DNA of 64,000 nt from Camelus ferus (taxonomy: Eukaryota), in NCBI RefSeq assembly GCF_009834535.1, contig NC_045697.1, positions 72,976,001 to 73,040,000 of the forward strand, read 5' to 3'. How positions within the stretch are numbered: position 1 is the first letter of the stretch; each line of letters starts with the position of its first letter. Positions 25,316-39,152 of the stretch are shown here, piece by piece. The translations under genes were made by a program, and so were the position numbers. The notes under the pieces are model-generated. The model saw only the letters and a program-made list of their open reading frames with translations, was not told the DNA's origin and made no database searches.

Positions 25316-25780
25316 TGTAAAAGAAAGAAGGTTACCCACCATTCAGTTCTACAAGAATCCTGTCATTAGCCACTGCAGTCACCGACCTACGATACACCCT
25401 GAAAGGAATTCAGGACGAAGATCAGGATTAGGCACTTTGTGCTCTGGAAAAAAAGGCAAAACAGGCCTGTAGATAGTTACAAATATTTCAGGGGAAGTTT
25501 TTTATGAATTTGGATTCTTGTATCTTCTCCTACTGAAAAAGTTCTACAGTCATTACCAGGGATGTCTGTTCCTTGTGACCATTGGTAACCTTCCACAGAG
25601 CCGTGTGCTTGGTTGCATGGATTTTCACCAAAATCATATATATACTGATACCCCCCCCCCCCCCTTAGAGCAGCTCCTTGGAGCTCTCTCAGAGGCTTCT
25701 CCTGGGCTGAGGCCTCAGTAAGTCCCCAAACAAAACTGAAATTCATGGCCCTCAAGTTGTGCATTTTTATTACTGTCGAC
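25316..25780 (+). mobile_element. Probable ERV1 solo LTR
   Basis: Starts TGTAAAAGAA, has a TATA-like ATATATA near 25636, and ends CTCAAGTTGTGCATTTTTATTACTGTCGAC. About 465 bp; no clean TSD. Confidence 0.65.
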
Positions 25781-26211
25781 CTGAGCTTTTCAGGTATCTC
25801 TTCATGTGGTTCCCAATTCAGAAAACCTGTGGTACTTAGTTTAACTGATATCTGTATGATGTCTATTCATTCTATTTGAGATAATCTGAAATTTCTGGTG
25901 AAATTATTCCAGAGAAATGAAAATCTACTAAAAATAATGTGTTCAAAAAAGCTACAAGAAACTGAAAACTGAAAGGAAAAAGGTGGGGCTGACACTGGGA
26001 GGGGGACACAGAGAAACTGTCTCATTATTCACCAAGAATGGTTCAGAGAATCCAGAGAAAAAAGAAACAGAATAATGTTTTTCTGAGTTTTTTATATCAT
26101 AAATGGAAAATATGAAAGAAAGTTGATGAGGAAAATAGATAAAAAATAATTAGGGTTAAAAAAACCCAATCAGTGTGGCTTTGTTGAGTGAGGATTTCAA
26201 AAACACAAGGA

Positions 26212-26967
26212 CACCAAACTACATTCCAACCAACAGTGTAGGAGAGTTCCCTTTTCTCCACATCCTTTCCATCATTTGTTGTTTGTGGACTTTTTAATGT
26301 TGGCCTTTCTGACTGGTGTGAGGTGATATTTCATTGTAGTTTTGTGTCCTTATGTTTATGGGAAACAGTATGGAGATTCCTCAAAAAATTAAGAATAGAC
26401 TTATCATATGACCCAGCAATTCCACTCCTGGGTATGTATCTGGAGGGAACCTTAGTTCAAAAAGATACATGGATCCCAATGTTCATAGCAGCACTATATA
26501 CAATAGCCAAGACACAGAAACAACCTAAATGTTCATCAACAAATGACTAGATAAAGACGTTGTGGTATATTTATACAATGGAATACTACTCAGTCACAAA
26601 AAGGAATAAAACAATGCCATTTCAGCAACATGGATGGACCTAGAGATTATCATTCTAAGTGAAGTAATCCAGAAAGGGAAAGAATAATACCATATGATAT
26701 CACTCATACGTGGAATCTAAAAAAAAAAAAAAAAGAGGACACTAATGAACTTATCTGTAAAACAGAAACAAACTTGCAGACATAGTAAACAATCTTATGG
26801 TTATGGGGGAAAGGGTGTGGGAAGGGATAAATCTGGGAGTTTGAGATTTGCAAATGTTAGCCACTATATATAAAAATAGATTAAAAACACAAATTTCTTC
26901 TTTATAGCACAGGGAACTATATTCAATATCTTGTAATAACCTTTAATGAAAAAGAATATAAAAACGA

Positions 26968-27014
<47 letters not shown>

Positions 27015-27122
27015 ACTGGGACACTGTGCTGTACACCAGAAATTGGCACCTTGTAACTGACTGTACTTCAGTAAAAAATAAAAGGTAAAGACCATGGTGG
27101 CAATTCAATTAATTAAAAAAAA
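26212..27122 (+). mobile_element. Young L1 with 5' inversion, extra 3' segment and TSD
   Basis: 26212-26344 is antisense ORF2 (matches 13603-13735); ~26356-27083 is sense ORF2 end plus 3' UTR. TSD ACACAAGGACA at 26203-26213 and 27124-27134. Confidence 0.93.
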
Positions 27123-28549
27123 TACACAAGGACAGACTCAGTTTAATTTTGGATTAGCTCATTGGGAAAATTTAAAAACTCAAAATCCTAGAATTACACC
27201 TCAGATGGGGAAAGAGACACAAAAATGAGTGAAGATTAAGGAAAAAGATGCAAAGCAAATGGTAATAGGAAGTAAATGAGCCATAAATTCTGCAAATGCC
27301 TGTCAGCAAGTATTGGGGGAGAGAAATGAGGCTGCTGTGATGGCACAGGGAGAGAATGGTGACTTAGGGCGATGCTGCAGAAACAAAACAGAGTAAATTA
27401 CAGCTTAAATTATTCAGCCAAATGTTAATATTGGTGGGTATATTTGTTACCACTGTAGCAGATGAAATAGAAGGCCAGGTGGAATTATATATCAAAACTT
27501 TAATATAAACAATCTAATACATCTGCATTGCCTAAAGTATCAATAATCATGCTTCTAAGAGGACTATTAATATAAATTCTATGCCTGCCCTTAAGTCATG
27601 GCAATTCTTTTTATTTCAGATGATAGGCAGATGTGTGGGTCACTATTCAAAGAGCTTATCAGCACCAGCTTAAATACTAGTTCTTTGACTTGTTTGCCAT
27701 GTTAGGGAAAAAGATATAAAATCGATAAGGGTGAAATAGAAGAGGCATTTGTTGAAAGTAACAACCCTAAAAATCCTAGCAGTTAAGAATAAGAAAACAT
27801 GCAAACATTCAAAAATATGTCTGTAAAATATGCAGAAAATGTTAATATAGAGTAAATGTAGTTTGGAAAATTGGCTTCACGTTCTGTAAAAACAACCAAG
27901 AATAGCGTCCTTTTGTCTGACTCAGAGAAATTTCATTACTGAGTAATGAGAAAGGGTTTTTTCTCCTCTCGATGGGCTTTACACTTAAACTTTTTTTACT
28001 TTTCTGATGATGTGTGTATTAATGTATGTTTCTGTATGTGTGCATGCTGCTTTTATACATAACTCAAGGTTGGCTTTTATGTTGAGCTTACAGAGCTAAG
28101 AAATGTACAGAGCTTTTCTTGAGACTAGATTTGCATAAATACTCCCCCAGCCAGTGAAAATGGCAACCAAACTACCTAGATTTTTATGGTTCAAATTCAT
28201 TGTGATGTTCCTGTAAAGGAAGTTGATTAAAATACATGGGTGAGATTTAAAGCATATATACATTTATAAGTTGTTGTAAGTGTTTCCTTGATGAGGTTGT
28301 AGATATTGAAACTGTGTATGGAGGCTTAATTCATTTATAAAGTCTCAGCTCTCAGATTTCTGGAAATATAAGTGGTTTGTCAGAGAGGGTGATTTTATAA
28401 AATGATCATCCAAGAAGTAAAAACTGGTGATTTATTCAACATCAGAGTCATTAGAGACCAAAATAATCAGATGACCCTTTAAAATGCTATATTTACCATT
28501 GCTTTGCAAATCATATCAAGATCAATTTTATGGATAATTGTTAGTTGTG

Positions 28550-29590
28550 TAATCACTCATTCAAGCAATAGTTTTTAAGTGTTGTGGATGAGACAGGTCC
28601 TCTTCTAGGTGATGTTGCTACAAAGATGAAGAAGACGTAGTTCTCACTGTAGGGATTTCATCGTCCAGCAGAGATCTATGTATAAACAATCACCACAATC
28701 CCCTCTGGTGACGCTGCAATAAAGGGGCCTAAAGGATGCTCTAGAGCACATGGTTCAATGTATTCTGTGCTGCGGGAGGGGTGAGAGACTATGAGAGTGT
28801 ATCACAGAAAAGGAGTGCTTCAACAAATTGGATACAGAAGACATTGGGAGTTTATCAGAAAATCAAAGGGTTGGGGAGGACTTAAGGGTCAAAATGAGCA
28901 GTATATTCACTCTGGAGCTTGGCTATGGCATGAAAGTTGTTAAGACCCAAATATATTTGGGATTGCTATTGTTTGATTCACCAGTTTTGTAGGAGTGTGA
29001 GATTGCACATACAGGCAGTGGTTAGATTACCAATGACCTTACATACCATTTCAGAGAGTTTGGACCCGTTAGATTTGGGGGATGGGAACACAGTGTTTTA
29101 GGGATGTGAGTGTTAGGTAGAGATTCGAGGAGTTTTGCACAGGTGTACCAGGTCATGGTTAAATTTTAGAAGTATCTTTCCAGCAATAGTGTGGAAGATT
29201 TACTAGAAGGAATGAAATATGGGTGAGAAGACAGATGAGACAGTTATGATTATCTAAGTAGTTTGAACAAAGGCTCTAAGAGTGGAAGTCAATATGAAAT
29301 GATAAAGTCAAGACATACTTAAGAGATAAAGTCTGTGGGTCTTGATACTCAATTAAAGTTAAAACCCTGGGCTTCTTGATGATTTTCACTCTCTCATTCT
29401 CCTCGTAAAAACAATTAAGAGACCCAGGATTTTAACGTGTAGACTGAGAAGATGGAGGTCCATCTGCCAGGACAGAGAAATTGGAGAAAGAGCATTTGAA
29501 GGGAGTACTGAATATTTTGAAGTTGAGGTGCCCATGGCATATTTAAAGATCCAGTTTGCAGCTTCATTTGCAGCCTAGGAGTGCAGAGCA
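28550..29590 (-). mobile_element. L2 fragment(s)
   Basis: Starts CACTCATTCAAGCAATAGTTTTTAAGTG (reverse L2 tail); purine-rich reverse L2 motifs such as TTTTGAAGTTGAGGTGCCCATGGCAT. Confidence 0.65.
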
Positions 29591-29689
29591 GATAACAACT
29601 TGCAAGAAATTGGCATGTTCTGCAGCTGGCTGAGCGGGAAGTGGGAGGAACATAGACTTTCTGACTTTTATTTTCCATGTGTTTATAGC

Positions 29690-30365
29690 TCCCCTGTTAT
29701 CTCTACCTAATATCCAATTTAGTGTTTTTTTTATTTACCTTCTGAATACTTCTCAAGTTGACCCCTTAATGTCTAGTTCTACCACTATAGCCTTTGTTCA
29801 GATTCTTAAAACATCTAGGCTTAACTTTTATAATGATCTGATGACAGTAGTTCATCTGCACTAAGGTTTATGCTCCAATTTGTTGTCCATAACTACTGCC
29901 ATGTGATCTGCTTAAATACAGGTAACAATAGCACTCACGGCTTAGAAATCTTCCAAACAACCTAAAATGCGAGCCTCATTGTAAGTCTCCTTCTGTCTTA
30001 CACTTCACACTTGTTATCAAAGTGCTCGGCCTCCTCTTACTCCTATTTCATATTTTTATGCTTTGGCATCTGCTGTTTGTTGTCTCAAAAACCTCCCACA
30101 CTCTGACTGACAAACTCTGTCTCACTCTCAAGGATTTGGCTGAGATGTTGTCTTCTCCAAAGAGTAAATTCTTCATGACTCCGTTATTCACGGACAAAGT
30201 ACCACTGCTTTGAACCACACCCTGCACGTATTTCTATCACATGCTCAGTGGCCCATCTGCCTTGTTGGACTTTAGCGCCTTCTTCCATGGGGTCATGTCT
30301 TATAATTTACTAGAACTCCAGTAGTCATAAATGTTCACCGGCAGACTTCTTGTAGACAGGAATAT
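29690..30365 (+). mobile_element. L2 fragment
   Basis: TTTACCTTCTGAATACTTCTCAA...TCTACCACTATAGCCTTTGTTCAG...GGGGTCATGTCTTATAATTTAC. Confidence 0.55.
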
Positions 30366-33300
30366 TTACAAGATAGAGAATTTGATGAAGGAGGCTGAGA
30401 ACAAGTGAGAAATGTGTAAATTACTGAAAACACGATAAAGTGAGAAGAATAATAATTGCCCTATATACTTCATGAAAGTTAGAATTAGAAAATTGATGCA
30501 TTTTATAAGTGCATAAAATACACTGCATGAATAAGATATTATTGTCATGTTTGCAAGCTGAATAGTATTAACCATTAATGCTCCTGGGCATGAAAGTTAC
30601 TTTGACTCCCTACCATGATTCTGAAGCTTTCTTCAGTTGGGATTTCACTTAGCTGGAGGGCTAACGGCACAGGCCTGGCAGGCAGGGGGTTGGAGTTCTT
30701 TCTGTCCTGGAGGAATCTGTGCAGTCACCAGCCCCTCTGGCACTGACCAGAGCATTAACTCCATAAGCTTTAGTCCGAGTCCAGCAAAGTGATTTTAAAT
30801 GGGTTAAGATGCACTACAAAATGCACATAAATTGTATTTGGTGTGTTTACATATATACAAGGGCATACTTACTTAATTATACTAACGTCAGCATTTTATG
30901 CTACTCTACAAGGCAGCAAAGCTGCCATGGTGATGGTCATGTGACTAATGACTACACCATGTGTAAGGGACGTATATATGAAAATAAGTAATCGTCAGAT
31001 TAAAAAAGGCAAGTCAAAATTAAGTCCTTTACATTTTATTAGGTTAAAACCCTATTTTATAGTGGAAATATTGATATTTTAATCCAGATTTTCAATGATT
31101 TCCTCAAAATGGCTTTAAATTTTTGTTAGAAGGTTAAAGAAAGAAAAGGTCATTTCACCCTAAAAGTTTCAATAAAGTTTAAAGTTTTAATATCTATAGT
31201 ATGATATTCTCCAAAGTCATAGTAATTATCTTGTAAATTTATATTGAGATGAGGTTGTATCTCAACATAAGAAAATTAATCCTACCTTTGAAAGTTTGTT
31301 ACATTGAAATAAAAATATGGACAAAGTAGCTTAGCAATACGTATATAAATGTAATTATACTCATTATCTTTAAACTAGCTGTCCTGATTTACACTGAGGA
31401 AGAAGATCCAATGTTTAAACATATTTATTTTATTGATTATATTTATTTTTCTTATAGGAAAATATAGAAACGACTGGAATGTCCTTCATTGGGGATAACC
31501 ATTTTGGTGAATTCACATCATGAAATACTGTCATTCACACTGATGAATCAGATCTGTACCTGTCTCTGCTTTGATGAAAGAAGTCTATGACTCATACTCT
31601 GGTGTGTGGGTGCCCTACCCTATCTCCTTTACCTGTGGTGCACCCATCCTCACAACGGTCACTTGAAAACATCAGGAAGATGGTAGTCGCAGGACAGTCA
31701 GAATTACCTCTCACCTGCCCACATCTTCCACGTTTCCAGTAACACTGAGCCAGACGTAGCAAATGGGAGAGGCTGCATTTATGCTTGTACTGGCAGACGT
31801 TCTTCAGGTAATACATGCATCTCAGATCTCCAGGCAGGATAAGATTGGCTTCTGTGCCTCAGCTCCTTTATGTATTTATGTTTTGGTAGTCATTCTAGCT
31901 AAGATTATCTAGAGATGCAGGTATTTATAGTGTCTGATGAGGACGGTGAGGGCCAAGTCATCCAAGTCATCTATTTGCATGAGTGGATTCACTGGAGAAC
32001 TAGAGCTTGGTGAGAACATATCTGCATTTTGTACCTGAAATTTTTATAGATTTTATTTTATAGAACCAAAAACATACTCCTAAGAGCATGGCATTTATCA
32101 TCTATCCATTTCTAGTGATTAGCACTGAGTGCTTCAGGGAAAGAGCTATGCCAGTTTTCCTCAATGGAGATGGAGGCCTTGGGGAGTGGGGTAGCCTAGA
32201 CCTTGAGTGACAGTTTGGCTTTTGGGTGTGGGTGACAGTGTGGAACAAAGACGAGGAAGAGAGAATTCACCCCATTTCCGTGCAATGATGAATGCCATTT
32301 CATTTGGCACCTCACATACCTGCCGCTTTGGGGACCACCTGGAACCAACACCTGGGCAAACAATCCACACTCTCACTGAGTACCCTGGTATTAGATGGTT
32401 GAAGCAGAAGAACATGAGATGAGTAATAGCAAAACTGTGTGAGACACTAAATTTCCTGAAAGCATCTGAGCGAGGTCTAGAGATCTGGCAGAACGCAAAA
32501 GCAGAATGAAACAGAGGGATCTGACATATTCCAGTTCACATGACTCCACTTGTACCAGAAGTACTAGGGTTGAGGAGCATCGGTTAATGCTTGTCTATTT
32601 TTGTTTACTTTACTGGAAATGATTTCATGCCTTTTTCTTAAAGCCCCAGGACCTAACACCATTCCAACCATGTAATATGTGTGTCATAAATGTTCGTTGA
32701 ATTTGATTGTGATCATTGGTGCAGTGAATTGAAGGTCAAGATTGTTGTAACTCAGAAACTTTTTTTTGGGTCTCCATAAGGGTGGAAGGTATGGAGATCA
32801 TGAGGTGGGGAGAATAACAGGGTCATTTTTTTCTCCAAGATTATTCATTGTCCCTTTTATTCTTTCTGTTACCTCTCATTCCCCTCTTCTTCCTTCTTTC
32901 TGTTCTTTTCTTCTTGCGGCAAAATACTTCCCATGCCTAGACTTTCTACCTATTGCCTGCTTTGCCTTCCTTTTATTACAGAATGGAGACTTATCTTTGA
33001 TGAGATTTTGATGTCTGTAGTAAAATCAAAGATGTAGGAGAAGTTGAGGTCATGACTTTAAATGTAAAAGCAAACTTTTGGTTTGTATAACTTTTGCCAA
33101 AGCCAAGTCACCTGTGCCAGTCAGGTTGGCCAGTAGGTAAAGGATGTTCTAAGACTTCCTCTTGGGACAGCAGAATTTTTTGTTAGGTGATTCCCAAACT
33201 TTGAAACATTGTTCCAAAGGTTGATCAAAGGAAGTTCCAGTGTTATCGTGAGCTATCAGACTGCAGACTCCAAATTTTAATAAAATCTTCAGGAGAGGGG

Positions 33301-33930
33301 GAACTGGTCAATAGTCAGAATCTTGGAGTCCCTCATACCTAATTCCTTAATGTTTACAGTGTTTAGGTTTTCTTTTTACACAGACACAACCAAAGGATCT
33401 CTTTGAGAATCACCTTGGTGTCACCAAGGAAAGAGAGGACCAGTGACACTGAGGTAGGTGAGAGAAGACTTTATGAAACTTAGTGCAGGAGAGGAGGGCA
33501 CTCTGTAGATACAGCCAGCAAACTTCAGGAGACTATTTGCAAAGGGCATTGATAACATACATTTGAAAAAGATCCGAGTATCTATAGGGTTAAACGTTAC
33601 AGAGCTTTTAATGTGCTTCACCTTTAACTTTATTCCTCAAATTATGAAAATGTGGTTCTGTTTTATTATAGAAGGATTTGATTCTTTATCAATACTCAAA
33701 TAGCTTTTACTTGAATAAAGATAAACCAGCTTTTTAACTGCAAGATCTCCTAAAGGTCCTTAGATATTTTTGCTCTCTAAGAAAGGTCTAGAATATACTG
33801 GGTTGATCAATTTTATTAAAATATTGGACACTTTTAAGAGGAATATCTGCAGACATATTCTAGGGCCAGTGTTTTGCAGAACATGGTTAGGGAAATGTAG
33901 ATTTAGGCAGATTTTAATTATAACACTTTA

Positions 33931-34102
33931 CAGTTGACCCTTGAACAACAGAGGTTTGAACTGGGTCAACCCATGGTTAGTTGAATCCACAGATGTGGAA
34001 CCGCTTATGTGGCAGGCCAACTATTTCATAGGCGGATTTACAGATTTTCAACTGCGGGGAGGGTTGATGCCCCTAACCCGTGCATTGTTCGAGGGCCAAC
34101 TG
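33931..34102. mobile_element. Tigger2-family MITE
   Basis: TIRs CAGTTGACCCTTGAACAA and TTGTTCGAGGGCCAACTG, with TA duplication at 33929-33930 and 34103-34104; 172 bp. Confidence 0.9.
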
Positions 34103-34239
34103 TATTTCACTTGAACCTATGAACATATGCTGATGGAAATAATTTTCCAAACTTTTATAAATCAGTGATAAGTGGAATCTGTCTTGAGGGTAGAGATCAG
34201 TGAGGCTGGCAAAGAACTTGTGGATTGAGCACATACACT

Positions 34240-34545
34240 GGTGACACCCCCCAAAATGTGACCCACTTAACAGTAAGTGTTTGTTTCTTCCTTAACAAGT
34301 GCACTTTAAGTGAAGAGGTCTCTGGTCATCATAGCCATTTGAGACCTCAGGCTGGGGGAGCTGCTATCAACTGAATTATCGTTGGTAACTATGTCAGAAG
34401 GCAGTGAGATAGCTCTTGAAGGTGCCACCTTGATAATTAAATGTTCAGGCCAGAAGTACCAGCATCCCTTCTACTCTCAGTTCATAGATCGGAGTTAGAT
34501 TTAGAACTCCACTCAACTGCTAGGAGCCAGGAAGTATAATCAATT
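34240..34545. mobile_element. Old MaLR LTR (MLT1K/L-like) fragment
   Basis: AAATGTTCAGGCCAGAAGTACCAGCATCCCTTCTACTCTCAGTTCAT...AACTGCTAGGAGCCAGGAAGTATAATC. Confidence 0.45.
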
Positions 34546-34549
34546 TTAT

Positions 34550-34885
34550 ACTGTAAGGAGAATGAACAAACCATAACTATATGCAAATAAATGGATGCAA
34601 CTTACAACATAATGTTGAATGAAAGAAGCTAAACCAAGAAGAATTGATACTATTTAATCCCATTTTTATTAAGTTCAAAGACGGGCAAAACTGATTCATG
34701 GTAGAAGTCAAATTAGTGGTTATTTTGGGTGACACAGGAAGAGACTGAGCTGAGAAGGACTACATTTGTTAGTATTATTTGTTTTTATCTCTGTGTTAGT
34801 TATATGTTAATTTTATAAAAATTCATGGAAATATATTTTTGTCATGCACTTTTATTATTGTTCAAAAAGTTTACTTTTAAAACCC
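34550..34885 (+). mobile_element. L1ME-type 3' UTR
   Basis: AACATAATGTTGAATGAAAGAAGC...CCATTTTTATTAAGTTCAAAGACGGGCAAAACT...AGAAGTCAAATTAGTGGTTA. Confidence 0.75.
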
Positions 34886-35769
34886 TTAAAAACCATAATA
34901 TTTTCAAAGTGTCTTTTTTCCCCTTCCCCCTGCTATTTGTAGAACACATTTCAAAGCTCCTGCAGTTGGCTCCAAAAGTGGTGAATTATTAACACACAAG
35001 ATATGAAGGAAATAAAAATATTGCCTACATGGATTATGGCACAATCATTTGAAGCTCTGATAGCCATTTCTTCTACAAGCTTATTGAAATAATGGCTATA
35101 TTATAAAAAGAGTAAAACAAAACATTACAGCCAGGCTCAAATATAAGAACATCTCTGTGAACTAAAAACTAGATAGAAACAGAATTGTATGTAGGTCCTG
35201 AGGCTACAGGCCTGCTGGTATCTGTGTCCAGAAGCAAATAATGAGCTGCCAAAGTTTAGCTATTGTGGGTTAAAGTGAACTAATTTTCTCTGTGTGATTT
35301 TGGGACATAAGGCCATGTTTAATGTTTTAATTCAAAAGCTAGGGTGCAGCTTTCTCCATACATTCGGAGAATCTGAAACAATAGATCTGACCACTAGTAA
35401 GGCTCTACCTTTATCCAAAGTGGTGACCCTAGAGAGATGCCAGGATACCAGGAAAAGAGTCAATCACCTACTGGTACTATAACTGGATTTGCCACACCCC
35501 CATGGGGCAGTCACACCCAGGTGTAATTATTAGAGCTGATTCTGACCCAGGGAACTAGAGGCCTAGAAAGAGAGAATCACAAAACATTTGGACAATTAAA
35601 ATTGACCATTGAGGGAGGGAGTGACAAAGAACTCTCTTTTGCTCAAATGGGCCTGCAACACACACATTTCCATGAAAAAAGAAAGCCCCGCTTCTTCAAA
35701 CGGCCAATAAGATCAACACCCTGAATAATTATTTATTCCATTTACAATTTATTTTATGCAAAGTATCTT

Positions 35770-36350
35770 GAAGATATTAAGTGTTTTGAGAATATTTAGA
35801 AAGATAAATAAAGGTAAAATTTCTATTAAAAAGGGTTATAAAACAAAATCAAGAGTAAATGAGAAAAGTTCAGGTGTTTATCAAAATAATTACAATTCTT
35901 GGATATAAAAAATGTAGGCATTTGAATGGAAGGTCAGTAAATGAATATACTCTATAATAAATGCAGTCAGAGGGCAGATAATGAACTAAGAATATGCCAT
36001 GGAGAAATTCTCACAGAATATAGCCTAGAGAAAGAAGAAAAAGAGCAATTAAGAGGCACGGATAAATTGAGAGATTCCAAAATCCATTCAAAACATCGGC
36101 AAAGTAAAAGAAGGGAATGTACAAACAATACTTGAGATAGTTTTCCAGATTTGAAGATAGTCATTACTGTTTAGATTGAAAATGTGCTTTGAATACAAAA
36201 TCATTTCAGTTAATAAGATACAAATGAATAGTCACTCAGACAGCGTAGTGAAATGTTGTATCACCAAAGATAAAGAAACTGGATTAGTATCTATAAAAAA
36301 ATAAGGTCGCTTTATAATAAAAAAAAATATGACTGAGAGAAGTAACTTCT

Positions 36351-36394
<44 letters not shown>

Positions 36395-37090
36395 GCCAGC
36401 AAACAATGGTACAATATTTTAAAATTCAAAGGCAGGGTGGGAGCAAAGCTGTCAAAGAATAAATTTGCAGCCAGCCTCAATAATTTTAGGAGTGAAAGCA
36501 AAATGAAGACATTTTCAAATATATAAAGACCAATACATTTATAACAGAGAGACCTTCACTAAAAAGTATTAAAGGAGAAAAAAGTGAATACAGAGATATA
36601 TAATTGCGATACAAAAATATAATGTGTAGAGAAATTGATAAAATATTTTGGCAAATGGAAATAAATATCGAATAAACAAATATTAACATTTTAATGAATT
36701 CTTTTTAAAAAGTTAAAATATAATAGGGGGAGAGGGCATACCTTAAAAGTGTTGCTTTTGTTTATCATTGTACTAGAAATCATAAACAAAGCAATAGTAC
36801 ACAAGGAGGTGATTAATATATAGAAATTGGAAAAAAAGAAGATTCTTTTTATTAATAGAAAATATTATTGTCTATACCAAAAATATGAGAGAAGATGGAA
36901 ACTTCAAATCAATCAAATTGTCTATTGGCATTCAAAATCAAGAGCATTCTAGATCAACAACAAAAACAATCTGGTGAATATAATAAAAGTAGGTAATTGT
37001 AGTCATAGTAGAAGTCAACACTGTAATGAATTGGGATATAAAAATGAAACAAATAAAGTAAGTTATAAACAAAACAATACAAAAAGTATC
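35770..37090 (+). mobile_element. Highly decayed L1/HAL1-like segment
   Basis: A-rich strand bias and ORF1-like motifs TTTTCCAGATTTGAAGA, TTAGATTGAAAATGTGC, GCCAGCAAACAATGGTACAATATTTTAAAA. Confidence 0.55.
36355..36394. repeat. (AAT)n microsatellite, about 13 units
   Basis: Direct reading; explains the poly-Ile ORFs. Confidence 0.95.
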
Positions 37091-37096
37091 AGATCT

Positions 37097-37432
37097 ATTG
37101 GTATATTGTATTAATGACTTCGATGCTTTGCACCTCCCTGATTTACGTTCTTTGTCAGGTGACTTTGTGGCTCCTTCCTTAAAGAGATTCTATCCACTTT
37201 GATGCATGCTTGCCTCAGCTTGGCTGGGAGACTTGCTTTGGTCAATAGGATGAGGCAGAAATGTCAGGACGCTGGTTCTAAACCTGTGATTTGAGAGGAT
37301 TTGCATATTTCTCGTTCTCTCTTGAATGATAGCTTTTGTCATTAGAAAAATATGACTAGGTGGGCTTGCTGATCCCAGAAGGAGAATAAGACACATGTCA
37401 AGCAGATGCTCCAACTAAGCAGAACCCCAGCT
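37097..37432 (+). mobile_element. MaLR LTR (MLT1H-like), partial
   Basis: GTGACTTTGTGGCTCCTTCC...GACTTGCTTTGGTCAATAGGATGAGGCAGAAATG. Confidence 0.7.
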
Positions 37433-38005
37433 GTGCATTATATAAATATACATCAGTTTGTTTATTCATTCGTTGGTTGATAGACATTTGGGTATGTTTA
37501 TTCCCCACTCCCCTACCCAGCTCCAGGGCGCTGATTTTTCCGCTATTAGGGCTATAGCTTCTGTGAACTATTGTGTATTAGTTTCCTGTTGATGTCTTTT
37601 CCAAAGTATCTCATTTGGGTTTTAATTATCATTTCTGTGATGGCTTGGGTGTTGAGCATATTTTTGTGTATTGTGTGTGTGCGTGTGTGTGTGTGTAAAG
37701 TGTGTGTATCATTTTTACTGGCATGCTTGACTTCTTATTAGATAGTTGTGAGCTTTCTATAAGCCTGTGTAAGATATACAGATTCTGAATATTTTCTTGC
37801 AGTCTCTCATTTGTCTTTAAATTGTCTTAATGATTTCTTTCAAAGAGTAAAAAACAAGAGTTTTCATGAAAGATATAAATTAATTTCTTTTATGCTTTTT
37901 GCTTTTTTGTGTACTCCTGAGAAAGTCTGGCTTTTCCACAGGACATGATTTTATTGTATAGTTTCTACTAGAAAGTTTATGATTTTACCTGCTGCATTTA
38001 GGTCC
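37433..38005 (-). mobile_element. Old L1M fragment
   Basis: GTTGATAGACATTTGGGT, ATTTCTGTGATGGCTTGGGTGTTGAGCAT, TTTCTACTAGAAAGTTTATGATTTTACC. Confidence 0.6.
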
Positions 38006-38749
38006 AAACACGTTCTGTTTGGATTGTCTCTTTCAGTATCTCTACTTAACGTTGATTCCAGACAAAGAGCTGGAGCAACTACAGGGCTCATCTTACTTGC
38101 TTCACTTTTCCCAGGGATCACAGACCCATGCTGGTTGTTGTCTGAGGTCTATAAACACATTTGTCAAGTATTCTAATATTTTCAATAGAGGCTAAGTCTA
38201 GATCTTTATTACTCCATCATGACTGGAAGTGGAAGTCTACAAATATTTTTTAAATGTATCTTTCTCACTTTTCTTTGCTTAGTAATTACCTGGTTCTTTT
38301 AATACTCTCTGAGTATTAAATACCATATGAGTGACTTATTCTTCATAAGTAGTAACACAGATAGTTGAATAAATTGTGTTCTCATTAGCTTTTTATGGCA
38401 TTAAAGGATACATTAGCTAATAATACAATCAGTGTTCCTTTGGGGCACACTTATGGATTATTAGGAATATATGTTGACACCCCATGGACCAAAGTAGGTC
38501 TGTAAATCCCTCTGTAACTTAGTCTCATTAATCTCTTTTTTTTTCTGTCAGTACATTGTGTGTAACCAGTTGCCACTAGGATTTGCCACAGACTCTGTTC
38601 CATAATAATAACATTAACTCAAATTATTTCTGTCTTTGGATTGAAACTGGATGAAACCATAGCACTTCACATTTTTATTCAATTCTGAATCATCCTTGTT
38701 TATAACCAGGTTGCATACCATTTTAACTGTCTTTACATATGGTGTTTAA

Positions 38750-39150
38750 ATTAAACCTCACACAAAAAAAATCCTACAAGGTACATTATAATGACTACTG
38801 TGCAAATAAAGACAAGACTTTTAGAAGTTAAGTGACTTGCTCAAGTTCACAGAGTTATTCAATAATTGATGTAGGATTTATACAAAGGATTCTAATTCCA
38901 AGTCTTGACTCATAATAATTTTCAAAGTGACGTTTATGTCAAACAGATCTAATTAAAAATACTTCCTCTGCTACTCAGTAGACATATGGCCTTAAACAAA
39001 ACAGATAACATACATAAGTCAAAGTTTCCACTTCGGCAAAAAAGTCAATAATATCATTAATCTTGCAGGGTTATTTTAAGGATTAAATAAAATAACATTA
39101 GTGAAAGTGTCTAGCAATTTTCTGGCACACTGTAGGCACTCAATAAAAAC
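38750..39150. mobile_element. Two MIR fragments (about 38750-38910 minus, 39020-39150 plus)
   Basis: GTTAAGTGACTTGCTCAAGTTCACA; AGGGTTATTTTAAGGATTAAAT...CTGGCACACTGTAGGCACTCAATAAA. Confidence 0.7.
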
Positions 39151-39152
39151 AT

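Noticed and set aside
36232..36526. Poly-isoleucine ORFs
   Set aside because: Translation of an (AAT)n microsatellite.
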